NCBI GenBank assembly: GCA_030429765.1 | Contig: JAUIER010000015.1 | Location: 31,079 to 95,078, forward strand | DNA length: 64,000 nucleotides | Direction of reading: 5' to 3' | Source of the DNA: a bacterium | GTDB taxonomy: Bacteria > Omnitrophota > Gorgyraeia > Zapsychrales > Zapsychraceae | Shown here: piece after piece, positions 1 through 8,738 of the stretch | Numbering within the stretch: position 1 is the first letter of the stretch | Layout of the letters: every line of letters begins with the position of its first letter | The notes under the pieces: model-generated | What the model saw: the letters and a program-made list of their open reading frames with translations, nothing else | Databases searched by the model: none | What the model was told of the DNA's origin: nothing | Position numbers and translations under genes: made by a program

Positions 1-266
1 TCGGGATGCTTATCGCAGATCGGCGCTCCGGTCAGGCAGGCTAGCGGAAAGATCGCATCGACCTGCGGAACCCACTTTTTCAATAACTCTACATCCCGTG
101 TGTCTCCATGCACCACCGTAAATTTTTTGGAGTGACAGCATTCCAGCAGCGATGTCTGGTTGTACATAAAATTATCGAGGACGACCACCTCAAATCCTTC
201 CTGCAGCAATCGCGGGACCATAACCGATCCCAAGTATCCGGCTCCTCCGGTAATTAAGACTTTCAT
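1..266 (-). CDS. NAD-dependent epimerase/dehydratase (extended SDR), 3' end outside window
   Basis: Not in the ORF track. Read manually from ATG at 266: [35 protein letters not shown]..., with a GxxGxxG Rossmann motif. ATGA overlap with the upstream stop. Confidence 0.9.
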   Translation of the reverse strand, partial: MKVLITGGAGYLGSVMVPRLLQEGFEVVVLDNFMYNQTSLLECCHSKKFTVVHGDTRDVELLKKWVPQVDAIFPLACLTGAPICDKHP

Positions 267-1195
267 GATGACACCTTTCGTTGATACCAATCTATCGTTC
301 GTTTCAGGCCCTGCTCCAGCGTGGTTCGCGGAGACCAGCCCAGACTTTTAATGCGGTAATGATCCAGGAGTTTTTGGGGCGTACCATCGGGCTTATTGCC
401 GTCAAAAAGAATCTCACCCGAGAAACCGGCGATTCGGGCGATCTGTTCGGTTAATTCCGTAATACTGACATCCGCCCCCACCCCCACATTAACGACATCG
501 GCGCTGTCGTAATTCTGCATGAGAAACAGGCTCGCGTCGACAAAGTCATCCACATAAAGAAATTCGCGTCGAGGTTTACCGCTTCCCCAAATCGTGATGT
601 CCGGCAAGTTGTCCCGGACCGCCATGACGCATTCATGAATCTTGGCCCCGATCACATGGGCTGTCTTAAGCTCTTTATCAAAACCAGGTCCGTAGACCGT
701 CGCTGGAATCATCACGATCGCGTTCAGGTTATATTGCCGACGAAAGCTTTGCGCCATGACTAGCCCCGAGGCCTTGGCCATCGAATATGGCAGACTGGTC
801 GGTTCCATCGGCGCGGATAAAATCAAATCTTCCGTCATCGGCTGCCGGCATTCGCGCGGATAAACACATGAACTGGCGTAGTACAAAACCTTTTTCGCGC
901 CGAAATTATGCGCCGCATACATTATGTTACTCGAACTCTGAATATTATGGTAAATAAAATCGGCCGGATGCTCCTGATTTGCCACAATCCCTCCGGATTG
1001 CGTGGAACCCAGAAAAACATACTCGGGGCGATGCTCCTGAAAATACTCATACACCGGGGCCTGTATCGTGGCATTCAAACCGAGACGCGTGCTGCTGTGG
1101 ACATGGCTGTAACCGGCGTCCGTCAGCCCCTGATACAGCGCATTTTCCATGATGTCATCATGTCCGACGATCAGGATGGTGGAATCTTTGTTCAT
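263..1195 (-). CDS. fcl: GDP-L-fucose synthase (Fcl/WcaG)-like epimerase/reductase with degenerate Rossmann loop
   Basis: [25 protein letters not shown] (YxxxK), [15 protein letters not shown] and [11 protein letters not shown] are typical Fcl motifs. Confidence 0.8.
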   Translation of the reverse strand: MNKDSTILIVGHDDIMENALYQGLTDAGYSHVHSSTRLGLNATIQAPVYEYFQEHRPEYVFLGSTQSGGIVANQEHPADFIYHNIQSSSNIMYAAHNFGAKKVLYYASSCVYPRECRQPMTEDLILSAPMEPTSLPYSMAKASGLVMAQSFRRQYNLNAIVMIPATVYGPGFDKELKTAHVIGAKIHECVMAVRDNLPDITIWGSGKPRREFLYVDDFVDASLFLMQNYDSADVVNVGVGADVSITELTEQIARIAGFSGEILFDGNKPDGTPQKLLDHYRIKSLGWSPRTTLEQGLKRTIDWYQRKVSS

Positions 1196-1731
1196 TATTT
1201 ACTATTGTAATAATTTCCGTGCTCGATTAACAGCGTCGGCTGATTGTCATCACGCTCAAGCGCGAGTTTATAGGCGGGAAAAATGTCTTCCGGTTCTTCC
1301 AACTCAACCACATTGATCGACGTGAACATCTTTCGAAAGGCGTCGGCATAATTTCCGATATGCTGATGGCCCGGATGAACCGGCTCATACGGACCGGCCG
1401 CTACACGGATTATGATTTTTGGAATCAGCTGTCCGTCGCTGATAGCCGGAATCTTATCCAGCATATTGACCATGTCGGACGTGGCCAACAGCAGAAAATT
1501 CTGCCGCGGATAGACCGATACCGGAATATAGCCCGCCAGGGCCATACCGATCGTGAACTGCATCTGAAAACTTTCGTTGATCGGCATTTCCAACGTTTTC
1601 TCGGCCGGCAGATCCCTTAATGTCTGGTACATAAATGTCCCCGGACCCGCTACCGTTTGTCCGACAAATAATGTTTTGGGATGTTCAGCCATCCACTCCA
1701 TGGTTCGTTTGAGTTCGTCAAAATAAGTCAT
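1195..1731 (-). CDS. ThDP-dependent enzyme, E1-beta/transketolase pyrimidine-binding domain only (178 aa)
   Basis: Probable start MTYFDELK at 1731 (TGATG overlap with upstream stop). LEMPINESFQMQFTIGMALAG and GHQH motifs. Confidence 0.8.
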   Translation of the reverse strand: MTYFDELKRTMEWMAEHPKTLFVGQTVAGPGTFMYQTLRDLPAEKTLEMPINESFQMQFTIGMALAGYIPVSVYPRQNFLLLATSDMVNMLDKIPAISDGQLIPKIIIRVAAGPYEPVHPGHQHIGNYADAFRKMFTSINVVELEEPEDIFPAYKLALERDDNQPTLLIEHGNYYNSK

Positions 1732-2351
1732 CAGAATTTTATCTTCCATCCTAATCCCGAGTGGGGATATGCGTTTTTGTATTTGAAATAAATGATTTTT
1801 TCCGCGTACCTGGTCCCTGTGAACCACGGATCGGATGATCCCCAGGTTTCGCGGGTATCGGTCATCACGCTCAGACCGTTGTCACTCACAATAAACTTCA
1901 CCGGCAGATCAAAATGAGTGGCATATTTGACGGCCTCATGAAACACGCCCGTTTCTGAAGACATATCCCCACAGAACAAAAATGACCGGCCGGGCTTATT
2001 TTGATTCTTAAGGCTCCATGCCGTTCCGACCGCTGTTCCCATCAAGCTGCCGACAATACCTGAACATAGCACATTGTATTTTGGAAAGCATAGCGCGATG
2101 CTGTTTCCGTCGAGTATGGACTGTTTGACCTCTTCGCGCGGCACCCCTTTGAGCAGGGCCAACTCATGCGCATCCCAGAATCCATAGACGAAATCATCGT
2201 CCCCAATCTGTTCGTCTTCAAAAATCTTAATTAATTGTTCTTCTCGTCCGGCCCGCAGATGAACCGGCGCGCGGATCTTCCCTTCTGCAAAAATATCCGC
2301 GATCTCTTTCTCAAAACTAGATAGATCTTCTTTGGTGAATTGTTTAGCCAT
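1731..2351 (-). CDS. ThDP-dependent dehydrogenase E1-alpha-like subunit (short, 206 aa)
   Basis: GKIRAPVHL, GIVG and the ThDP-binding GDM...SDN motif; GAGGA RBS. Confidence 0.85.
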   Translation of the reverse strand: MAKQFTKEDLSSFEKEIADIFAEGKIRAPVHLRAGREEQLIKIFEDEQIGDDDFVYGFWDAHELALLKGVPREEVKQSILDGNSIALCFPKYNVLCSGIVGSLMGTAVGTAWSLKNQNKPGRSFLFCGDMSSETGVFHEAVKYATHFDLPVKFIVSDNGLSVMTDTRETWGSSDPWFTGTRYAEKIIYFKYKNAYPHSGLGWKIKF

Positions 2352-2386
2352 ATATCCTCATTTGTAGTTCGATGTATCTGACGCCG

Positions 2387-2452
2387 TTAAGACCTTGACG
2401 CAACAATGATCCAAACGATCACGATGACCAAAACTAGTCCCAATAGGCTCAC
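2387..2452 (-). CDS. Putative 21-aa single-pass membrane peptide (MSLLGLVLVIVIVWIIVASRS)
   Basis: GGAGGA RBS 6 nt before GTG, fully hydrophobic, co-oriented inside the operon. Confidence 0.5.
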   Translation of the reverse strand: MSLLGLVLVIVIVWIIVASRS

Positions 2453-2473
2453 GGGATTTCCTCCGGGTTCGCA

Positions 2474-2632
2474 TTAAAACAGGGTGTAAATAAACGGTGT
2501 CACCGCCGAGGTTTGCGCGAAGACAATTAACATACTGAGCAGCACCAGCACAAAAATGATCGGCGCCAGCCAGAAACGTTTACGGACTTTCAGGAAATCC
2601 CAGAATTCTTTTAAAATATTTGATTTAGACAT
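2474..2632 (-). CDS. SxtK/DUF5989-family small membrane protein (52 aa)
   Basis: Manual translation MSKSNILKEFWDFLKVRKRFWLAPIIFVLVLLSMLIVFAQTSAVTPFIYTLF has the family's WLAPI and PFIYTLF hallmarks; directly after the SxtJ-like gene. Confidence 0.9.
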   Translation of the reverse strand: MSKSNILKEFWDFLKVRKRFWLAPIIFVLVLLSMLIVFAQTSAVTPFIYTLF

Positions 2633-2634
2633 AA

Positions 2635-3180
2635 CTAGAATTGTTGTTTGTAGCGCTCGGGATCAAATGGTACCGACTTCCGAATTTGCCAGTAACTCTT
2701 TTTCTCCGGCTCGAGCTTTCGATTCAAATGATCCTTACCAATAATTCTAAAAAAGATACCAATCGGCGCGAATACGCCGTAAAACATCAGGACCATTGTG
2801 GCATTGGTGATGACATGGCTGATAAAATGCGCCGCCTTCATCCAAACCTTGTAGAGCGGCCGCAACCAATCCAGATTGATCAGCGCGACAACCAGCATCC
2901 CCACCGCAACGGTAAAAAACAACCATTTTAACGGCGTACCGTGCTCCCGCATCACAAACCAGTACACGGCCCCTTGCACGGCGAATATCCAGCTGTTGGC
3001 CGCAATCGGCCACTCGGATATCTTGGTAATCACCCAGAGAACCGTGATGAACCCGCCTAACAGAATACATACGGATTTTAAACTAAATCCCAGCGAAAGG
3101 CTATGAAAAAATATTAAATACGGGATGATCAACGCCAACCCGCAGCCAAAGACAGCTAATTCTTTACGATCGGCTTGCAT
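2635..3180 (-). CDS. SxtJ-family membrane protein
   Basis: Hydrophobic; LRPLYKVWMK..., FYGVFAPIG..GKDHL..SYW...RYKQQF; lies between carbamoyltransferase and DUF5989. Confidence 0.85.
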   Translation of the reverse strand: MQADRKELAVFGCGLALIIPYLIFFHSLSLGFSLKSVCILLGGFITVLWVITKISEWPIAANSWIFAVQGAVYWFVMREHGTPLKWLFFTVAVGMLVVALINLDWLRPLYKVWMKAAHFISHVITNATMVLMFYGVFAPIGIFFRIIGKDHLNRKLEPEKKSYWQIRKSVPFDPERYKQQF

Positions 3181-3182
3181 AA

Positions 3183-5009
3183 TTAATCCAGGATTAACGA
3201 CATATTTTCTTTTTTATACTTATCATTTTTCGGCTGTTTACTCTTTTCCAGGACACAATTTTCGAGCACCAGATAGTCCATATCGGTACACATAAAGCAG
3301 CGGTATGCATCCTGAGGTGTACAAACGATGGGTTCACCGCGGATATTAAAGGATGTGTTGATGATGACCGGGCAGCCGGTTTTTTCGCCAAAGGCCTTGA
3401 TAATCCGGTAGTAGATCGGATGCGTCTGTTCGTTCACCGTCTGCACCCGAGCCGAGCAGTCCACGTGAGTGATCGCCGGGATCTCTGATCGGATAACCTT
3501 GAGCTTGTCCAACCCCCTGGCCTCGCTTTTCAGCGCGTCTTTGATAACCTTATCGGGATGAACATCCGCCACGAGCAGCATGTACGGACTTTGCGAGTTC
3601 AGATCAAAAAAGTCCGACACGCGTTCCTCCAGCACACTCGGCGCAAACGGCCGGAATGACTCCCGAAATTTGATCTTGAGATTGATCGTCGACTGCATCT
3701 TCGCCGAGCGCGGATCTCCAATGATGCTGCGGGCCCCCAGCGCGCGTGGTCCAAACTCCATCCGTCCCAAAAATAATCCAATCACATTTTCATCGGCAAT
3801 CAATTCCGCGACCCGTTCGGGCAGTTCGTCGGATGTGTATTTTGTGTACGGCAGCTTCTCGGAATTCAAATATCTCTCGATCCCGTCGACGTCAAACTTG
3901 GGCCCCAGGTACGTTCCATGCTGTAAGTCGGTCTTGTTATCACTTGGCCGCTGATTTTGCAGGACCTGATACCAGATAAACGAAGCGACGCCGAGCGCGC
4001 CGCCCGCGTCACCTGCCGCCGGCTGAATCCATATATTCTTAAACGGACTACGCTTGAGAATTTTTCCGTTACCGACACAGTTCAACGCTACCCCGCCGGC
4101 CAGACACAAATTGTCCAATCCGGTCTGTTGATGGACATGGTCGGCCATCTTGAGCATAACCTCCTCGGTGACTTCCTGAATCGAACGGGCCATATCCATA
4201 TCGCGTTGCGAGATCTCTGTCTCCGGTTTTCGCGGCGGATGTCCGAACAACTGATCAAATTTCTTATTCGTCATGGTCAAACCGGTGCAGTAGTTGAAGT
4301 ACTTCATGTTCAACTTGAAGGATCCGTCCGGTTTGATATCAATCAGATGCTGTTTGATTAAATCCACATATTTGGGTTCACCATAAGGGGCCAGCCCCAT
4401 GACCTTGTACTCCCCGGAGTTTACACGGAAGCCTAGATAGTACGTCATCGCCGAATACAATAATCCCAGCGAATGCGGAAAGTTAATCTCGGACTGAAGC
4501 TCGATCTTATTCCCCTCACCGACGCCGAAACTGGTCGTGGCCCATTCCCCCACACCGTCCATCGTCAGGATCGCCGCTTTGTCAAACGGTGACGGAAAAA
4601 AGGCCGACGCCGCGTGCGATTCGTGATGCTCCGTAAAAAGGATCTCTCCTTCATACCCCAGTTCATTGAGGACAAAATCTTTGAGAAATATTTTTTGTTT
4701 AAGCCAGACAGGCATGGCCTTGAGAAATGACCGTAGCCCGAATGGCGCATAGTTGAGATAGGTTAAGAGCAACCGCTCAAACTTAAGGAAGGGTTTATCA
4801 TAAAAGCCGACATAATCCACGTCATCAATGGTTATGCCGGCTTCTGATAAACAATAGTCGATAGACTGACGGGGAAACTCATCGTCATGTTTCTTCCGGG
4901 TAAATCTTTCCTCCTGAGCCGCGGCCAGGATGTCTCCATCTTTGATCAGGCAGGCGGCGCTGTCATGATAGAAGGCCGATATCCCCAATATGTAAACCGG
5001 TTTCCCCAT
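3183..5009 (-). CDS. O-carbamoyltransferase (CmcH/NodU/SxtI family)
   Basis: ILGISAFYHDSAA, EERFTRKKHD, HHESHAASAF, GEYKVMGLAPYG, EFGPRALGARS, NTSFNIRGEP; start adjusted to MGKPV at 5009. Confidence 0.95.
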   Translation of the reverse strand: MGKPVYILGISAFYHDSAACLIKDGDILAAAQEERFTRKKHDDEFPRQSIDYCLSEAGITIDDVDYVGFYDKPFLKFERLLLTYLNYAPFGLRSFLKAMPVWLKQKIFLKDFVLNELGYEGEILFTEHHESHAASAFFPSPFDKAAILTMDGVGEWATTSFGVGEGNKIELQSEINFPHSLGLLYSAMTYYLGFRVNSGEYKVMGLAPYGEPKYVDLIKQHLIDIKPDGSFKLNMKYFNYCTGLTMTNKKFDQLFGHPPRKPETEISQRDMDMARSIQEVTEEVMLKMADHVHQQTGLDNLCLAGGVALNCVGNGKILKRSPFKNIWIQPAAGDAGGALGVASFIWYQVLQNQRPSDNKTDLQHGTYLGPKFDVDGIERYLNSEKLPYTKYTSDELPERVAELIADENVIGLFLGRMEFGPRALGARSIIGDPRSAKMQSTINLKIKFRESFRPFAPSVLEERVSDFFDLNSQSPYMLLVADVHPDKVIKDALKSEARGLDKLKVIRSEIPAITHVDCSARVQTVNEQTHPIYYRIIKAFGEKTGCPVIINTSFNIRGEPIVCTPQDAYRCFMCTDMDYLVLENCVLEKSKQPKNDKYKKENMSLILD

Positions 5010-5014
5010 AGATC

Positions 5015-5974
5015 TTATTTCTTTTTCGCGGGATACTGATCCTGAAACCACTCAATGGTGTCCGCCAAACCCTGCTCAAGTTTGACCTTCGGCTGCCATC
5101 TCAACAGTTTCTTGGCCAACGCAATATTCGGCTGGCGTGTTTTCGGATCGTCGACAGGCAATGATTTGTAAACGATCTTGCTTTTTGTGTCCGCCATCTT
5201 CAGCACGAGCTTGGCGAACTGAAGGATGGTGAATTCATCCGGATTACCCAGATTGACCGGCCCCGAATAGCGTGATCTGATCATCCGCGCGATCCCGTCG
5301 ACAAGATCAGAATAATAACAGAATGAACGGGTTTGCTTGCCGTTGCCATACACAGTCAAATTCTTACCGTTCAATGCCTGATCAATAAAATTCGGAACGA
5401 CACGTCCGTCCTTGATCCGCATACGCGGACCATAGGTGTTGAAAATTCGGATGATCTTGGCATCAACCTTATGATAACGGCGGTAGGCCATTGTCATCGC
5501 TTCGGCGAATCGTTTGGCCTCATCATACACTCCGCGCGGACCAATCGGATTGACGTGCCCCCAATAATCTTCCTTTTGCGGATGAACCTGCGGATCACCG
5601 TAAACTTCGGACGTCGACGCGATCAGATAACGGGCCTTCTTCAGTTTGGCCAGCCCCAATGTGTTTAATGTTCCCAGAGATCCCACCTTCATGGTCTGAA
5701 TCGGATAGTTCAGGTAGTCAACAGGCGAAGCCGGTGAAGCAAAATGCAAAACATAGTCCACCGGTCCTGTGATCTTGATTTCCTTGGAAACGTCGTGTTT
5801 CTTGAATGTGAAATCTTTGTTCTTTCGAAGATGCTTGATATTGTTCATGTTCCCTGTAATCAGGTTATCAATACAGTGAACCTTGCATCCATCCTTCAAA
5901 AATCGGTCGGATAAATGACTTCCTAAAAACCCCGCTCCACCTGTAATCACCACTATTTTCTTTCGCTTAGCCAT
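5015..5974 (-). CDS. uxs: UDP-glucuronate decarboxylase (UDP-xylose synthase)
   Basis: [38 protein letters not shown]. Confidence 0.9.
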   Translation of the reverse strand: MAKRKKIVVITGGAGFLGSHLSDRFLKDGCKVHCIDNLITGNMNNIKHLRKNKDFTFKKHDVSKEIKITGPVDYVLHFASPASPVDYLNYPIQTMKVGSLGTLNTLGLAKLKKARYLIASTSEVYGDPQVHPQKEDYWGHVNPIGPRGVYDEAKRFAEAMTMAYRRYHKVDAKIIRIFNTYGPRMRIKDGRVVPNFIDQALNGKNLTVYGNGKQTRSFCYYSDLVDGIARMIRSRYSGPVNLGNPDEFTILQFAKLVLKMADTKSKIVYKSLPVDDPKTRQPNIALAKKLLRWQPKVKLEQGLADTIEWFQDQYPAKKK

Positions 5975-6067
5975 AAAAACCTCTCCTTTATATTTATCAC
6001 TGACTCAACACGAATGTGATATCTCGCCTGAGTGCACTTTCATCTTCACAATATCGACGATCGATAT

Positions 6068-7369
6068 CTAGAACCGTATAATATTTTTTCGATCTTTCTT
6101 GGCGTAAATATTCTTGACGTCAAAGATCAACCGCGAATTATTCAGTACAAAATTCCAATTAACATCCGTATGATCCGTCGCTGTGATCACGCAGTCGAAT
6201 TTCTTGAGGACATCCTTGCTTAACTTGACACTGGTCAAATCGATTTGACCGATATTCAAATAAGGAATGATCGGATCATAGTAATCGACCTTGCATTTCT
6301 TTTCCTGTAGCAATTCGATCAGTTTCAATGGCGGCGATTTTCGAAGATCCTTGACATCCTTCTTATATGTCGCCCCGATCACGAGAATTTTAGCCCCGGC
6401 AAAACGCTTTTTACGTTTCTTCATCTCCGATTTGAGATATTCGATCGCGTAGGCCGGCATATTGGAATTCGTGTCCGCCGACAGCTTGATGTACTTGGAA
6501 CTGAACCCATGGTGTTTGGCCTTCCAATAAAGGTATAACGGATCATCCGGAATACAATGACCTCCAACCCCCAACCCCGGATAAAACGGCATAAATCCGA
6601 AGGGTTTGGTCTTGGCGGCCTCGATCACTTCCCAGATATCGATATCCAGTTTGTGGCACATCATGGCCACTTCATTGATCCAGCCGATGTTGATGATCCT
6701 AAATGAATTTTCCAAGAGCTTGGTCATCTCAGCCGCCCGCGGCGAGGAGACCACATGGATTTCCTTGATGATCTTTTTGTACAACGATTCGGTCAATGCC
6801 CCGCACTTGGGTGTCATCCCTCCGACAACTTTCGGAATACGTGTGACATCATATTGCTTGTTGCCGGGATCAATCCGTTCAGGCGAAAATGACAGGAAGA
6901 AATCTTTACCGACCTTTCGTCCGCCCTTTTGCAACTCGGGCAGGATCAATTCATTTGTCGTTCCGGGATAAGTCGTACTCTCCAGGATCACCAATGAATT
7001 GCGTTTAAAATGTTTCCGGATCGTGCGAACCGCACTGAGAATATACGTAATGTCGGGGGTATATTTCCGTTTGAGCGGTGTCGGCACACAGATGATTAAT
7101 ACGTCCATCTCTTTGATGAGTGTAAAATCGGTACTGGCCTGCAATTTCCCCGAGCGCACGGCCTTGGCCAACGTCGACGTGGGAATATCAGAGATGTAAC
7201 TAACCTTTCGATTAACCTGATCCACCCGGTCCTGATCCATATCCAAACCGAACACCTGATATCCGGCCTTGGCAAAATTAACAGCAAGCGGCAGTCCGAC
7301 ATAACCCAAACCAATGACGGCGACCTTGGCTGACTTTTTACTGATTTTATTTTTTAAAACTGTAGACAT
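6068..7369 (-). CDS. UDP-N-acetylhexosamine 6-dehydrogenase (WbpA/WecC family)
   Basis: GLGYVGLPLA, ESTTYPGTT, SPERIDPG, catalytic GGHCIP. Confidence 0.9.
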   Translation of the reverse strand: MSTVLKNKISKKSAKVAVIGLGYVGLPLAVNFAKAGYQVFGLDMDQDRVDQVNRKVSYISDIPTSTLAKAVRSGKLQASTDFTLIKEMDVLIICVPTPLKRKYTPDITYILSAVRTIRKHFKRNSLVILESTTYPGTTNELILPELQKGGRKVGKDFFLSFSPERIDPGNKQYDVTRIPKVVGGMTPKCGALTESLYKKIIKEIHVVSSPRAAEMTKLLENSFRIINIGWINEVAMMCHKLDIDIWEVIEAAKTKPFGFMPFYPGLGVGGHCIPDDPLYLYWKAKHHGFSSKYIKLSADTNSNMPAYAIEYLKSEMKKRKKRFAGAKILVIGATYKKDVKDLRKSPPLKLIELLQEKKCKVDYYDPIIPYLNIGQIDLTSVKLSKDVLKKFDCVITATDHTDVNWNFVLNNSRLIFDVKNIYAKKDRKNIIRF

Positions 7370-7383
7370 ATCGTTTCCTTATA

Positions 7384-8706
7384 TTACGCAGCTGGTCGGC
7401 CGATACCGTAGTACTCAAAGCCCAACTTATCTAATTTTTTATCGTGATAGAAATTTCGACCATCGAAAAGGACCGGGTGATTCATAGCCTTTTTAATCTT
7501 CTCGAAATCCAGATCCTTGAATTGTGCCCATTCAGTAACCAACAAGAGACAATCGCATCCTTTGGCCAGGTCATATGGATCCTTGCTGAATGTCACACCG
7601 GTCGTCATGGCCTTGGTATTCGGCATTCCTTCGGGATCGTAGGCCTTGATCTTGGCCCCTTCCTTTTGGAGCATATGAATGATATCAATCGACGGAGCAT
7701 TTCGCATGTCGTCCGTATCCGGTTTAAACGCCAATCCCAAAAGACCAATAGTCTTGTTCTTCACGATCCACATCTTGTCTTCAATCAGTTTTACAAAAGA
7801 ATTGATCTGATCGCGGTTGATCTGACGGACTTCCTCGAGCATCTGGAATTTGTATCCGCTCTTCTCACTCAGCCGGATAAACGCGTCCACATCCTTGGGA
7901 AAACAGCTTCCGCCGTAACCGATCCCGGCGTTCAGGAATTGACGACCGATCCGCTTGTCATATCCCATCCCCTCAGCGACCTTGAGAACATCCGCCCCCA
8001 GCTGCTCACAAATCTGTGAGATCGCATTGATAAAGGAAATTTTAGTGGCTAGAAATGAATTGGAGGCGTGCTTGATCAGCTCGGCCGAATTGATATTGGT
8101 CACGACCATTTTTGGTTTGAGCGGCCGATAAATTTCGCGTAATAATTTCTCAGCTTTTTTACTTTCAACACCGATGACAACCCGATCCGGATTCATGAAA
8201 TCCTCGACGGCAGAACCTTCACGCAAAAATTCAGGGTTCGATGCCACGTCAAAATCAAGCGTGAGCTTGTTGCCTTTACGGTATTTTTTGGGAAGATACT
8301 TGCGGATGGTCTGGGCAACCTTCTTTCCGGTCTCGGCCGGAACCGTGGACTTCTCGATCACCAATTTGTAGTCCGTCATACTTTCGGCGATTTCGCGCGC
8401 AACATTTTCAACATATGTGAGATCGGCATCACCGTTTTTCTTGGAAGGCGTTCCAACGGCGATAAAGATGGCCGTCGCTTCCTTGGCACCGTCTTTGATG
8501 GAATAACTGAATGACATCCGTCCATTTTTAATATTCTTCTTGAGTAACACATCGAGGCCCGGCTCGTATATCGGAACCAACCCTTTTTTAAGCTTATTGA
8601 TCTTGGTTTTGTCAACATCGATACAGGTCACATCATGTCCAATTTCCGCCAGACAAACCCCAGTCACCAATCCAACATACCCGGATCCTACAATTGCAAT
8701 TTTCAC
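7384..8706 (-). CDS. ugd: UDP-glucose 6-dehydrogenase
   Basis: GSGYVG, KSTVP, NPEFLREG, GYGGSCFPKD, FKPDTDDMR. Confidence 0.95.
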   Translation of the reverse strand: MKIAIVGSGYVGLVTGVCLAEIGHDVTCIDVDKTKINKLKKGLVPIYEPGLDVLLKKNIKNGRMSFSYSIKDGAKEATAIFIAVGTPSKKNGDADLTYVENVAREIAESMTDYKLVIEKSTVPAETGKKVAQTIRKYLPKKYRKGNKLTLDFDVASNPEFLREGSAVEDFMNPDRVVIGVESKKAEKLLREIYRPLKPKMVVTNINSAELIKHASNSFLATKISFINAISQICEQLGADVLKVAEGMGYDKRIGRQFLNAGIGYGGSCFPKDVDAFIRLSEKSGYKFQMLEEVRQINRDQINSFVKLIEDKMWIVKNKTIGLLGLAFKPDTDDMRNAPSIDIIHMLQKEGAKIKAYDPEGMPNTKAMTTGVTFSKDPYDLAKGCDCLLLVTEWAQFKDLDFEKIKKAMNHPVLFDGRNFYHDKKLDKLGFEYYGIGRPAA

Positions 8707-8738
8707 GTTTACTGCTCCTTTCTTGAACTCTTGAAATC

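Noticed and set aside
2474-5009. Saxitoxin biosynthesis cluster
   Set aside because: Only sxtI/J/K-like genes are present; no sxtA-type PKS, amidinotransferase or other core genes, and the context is glycan synthesis.
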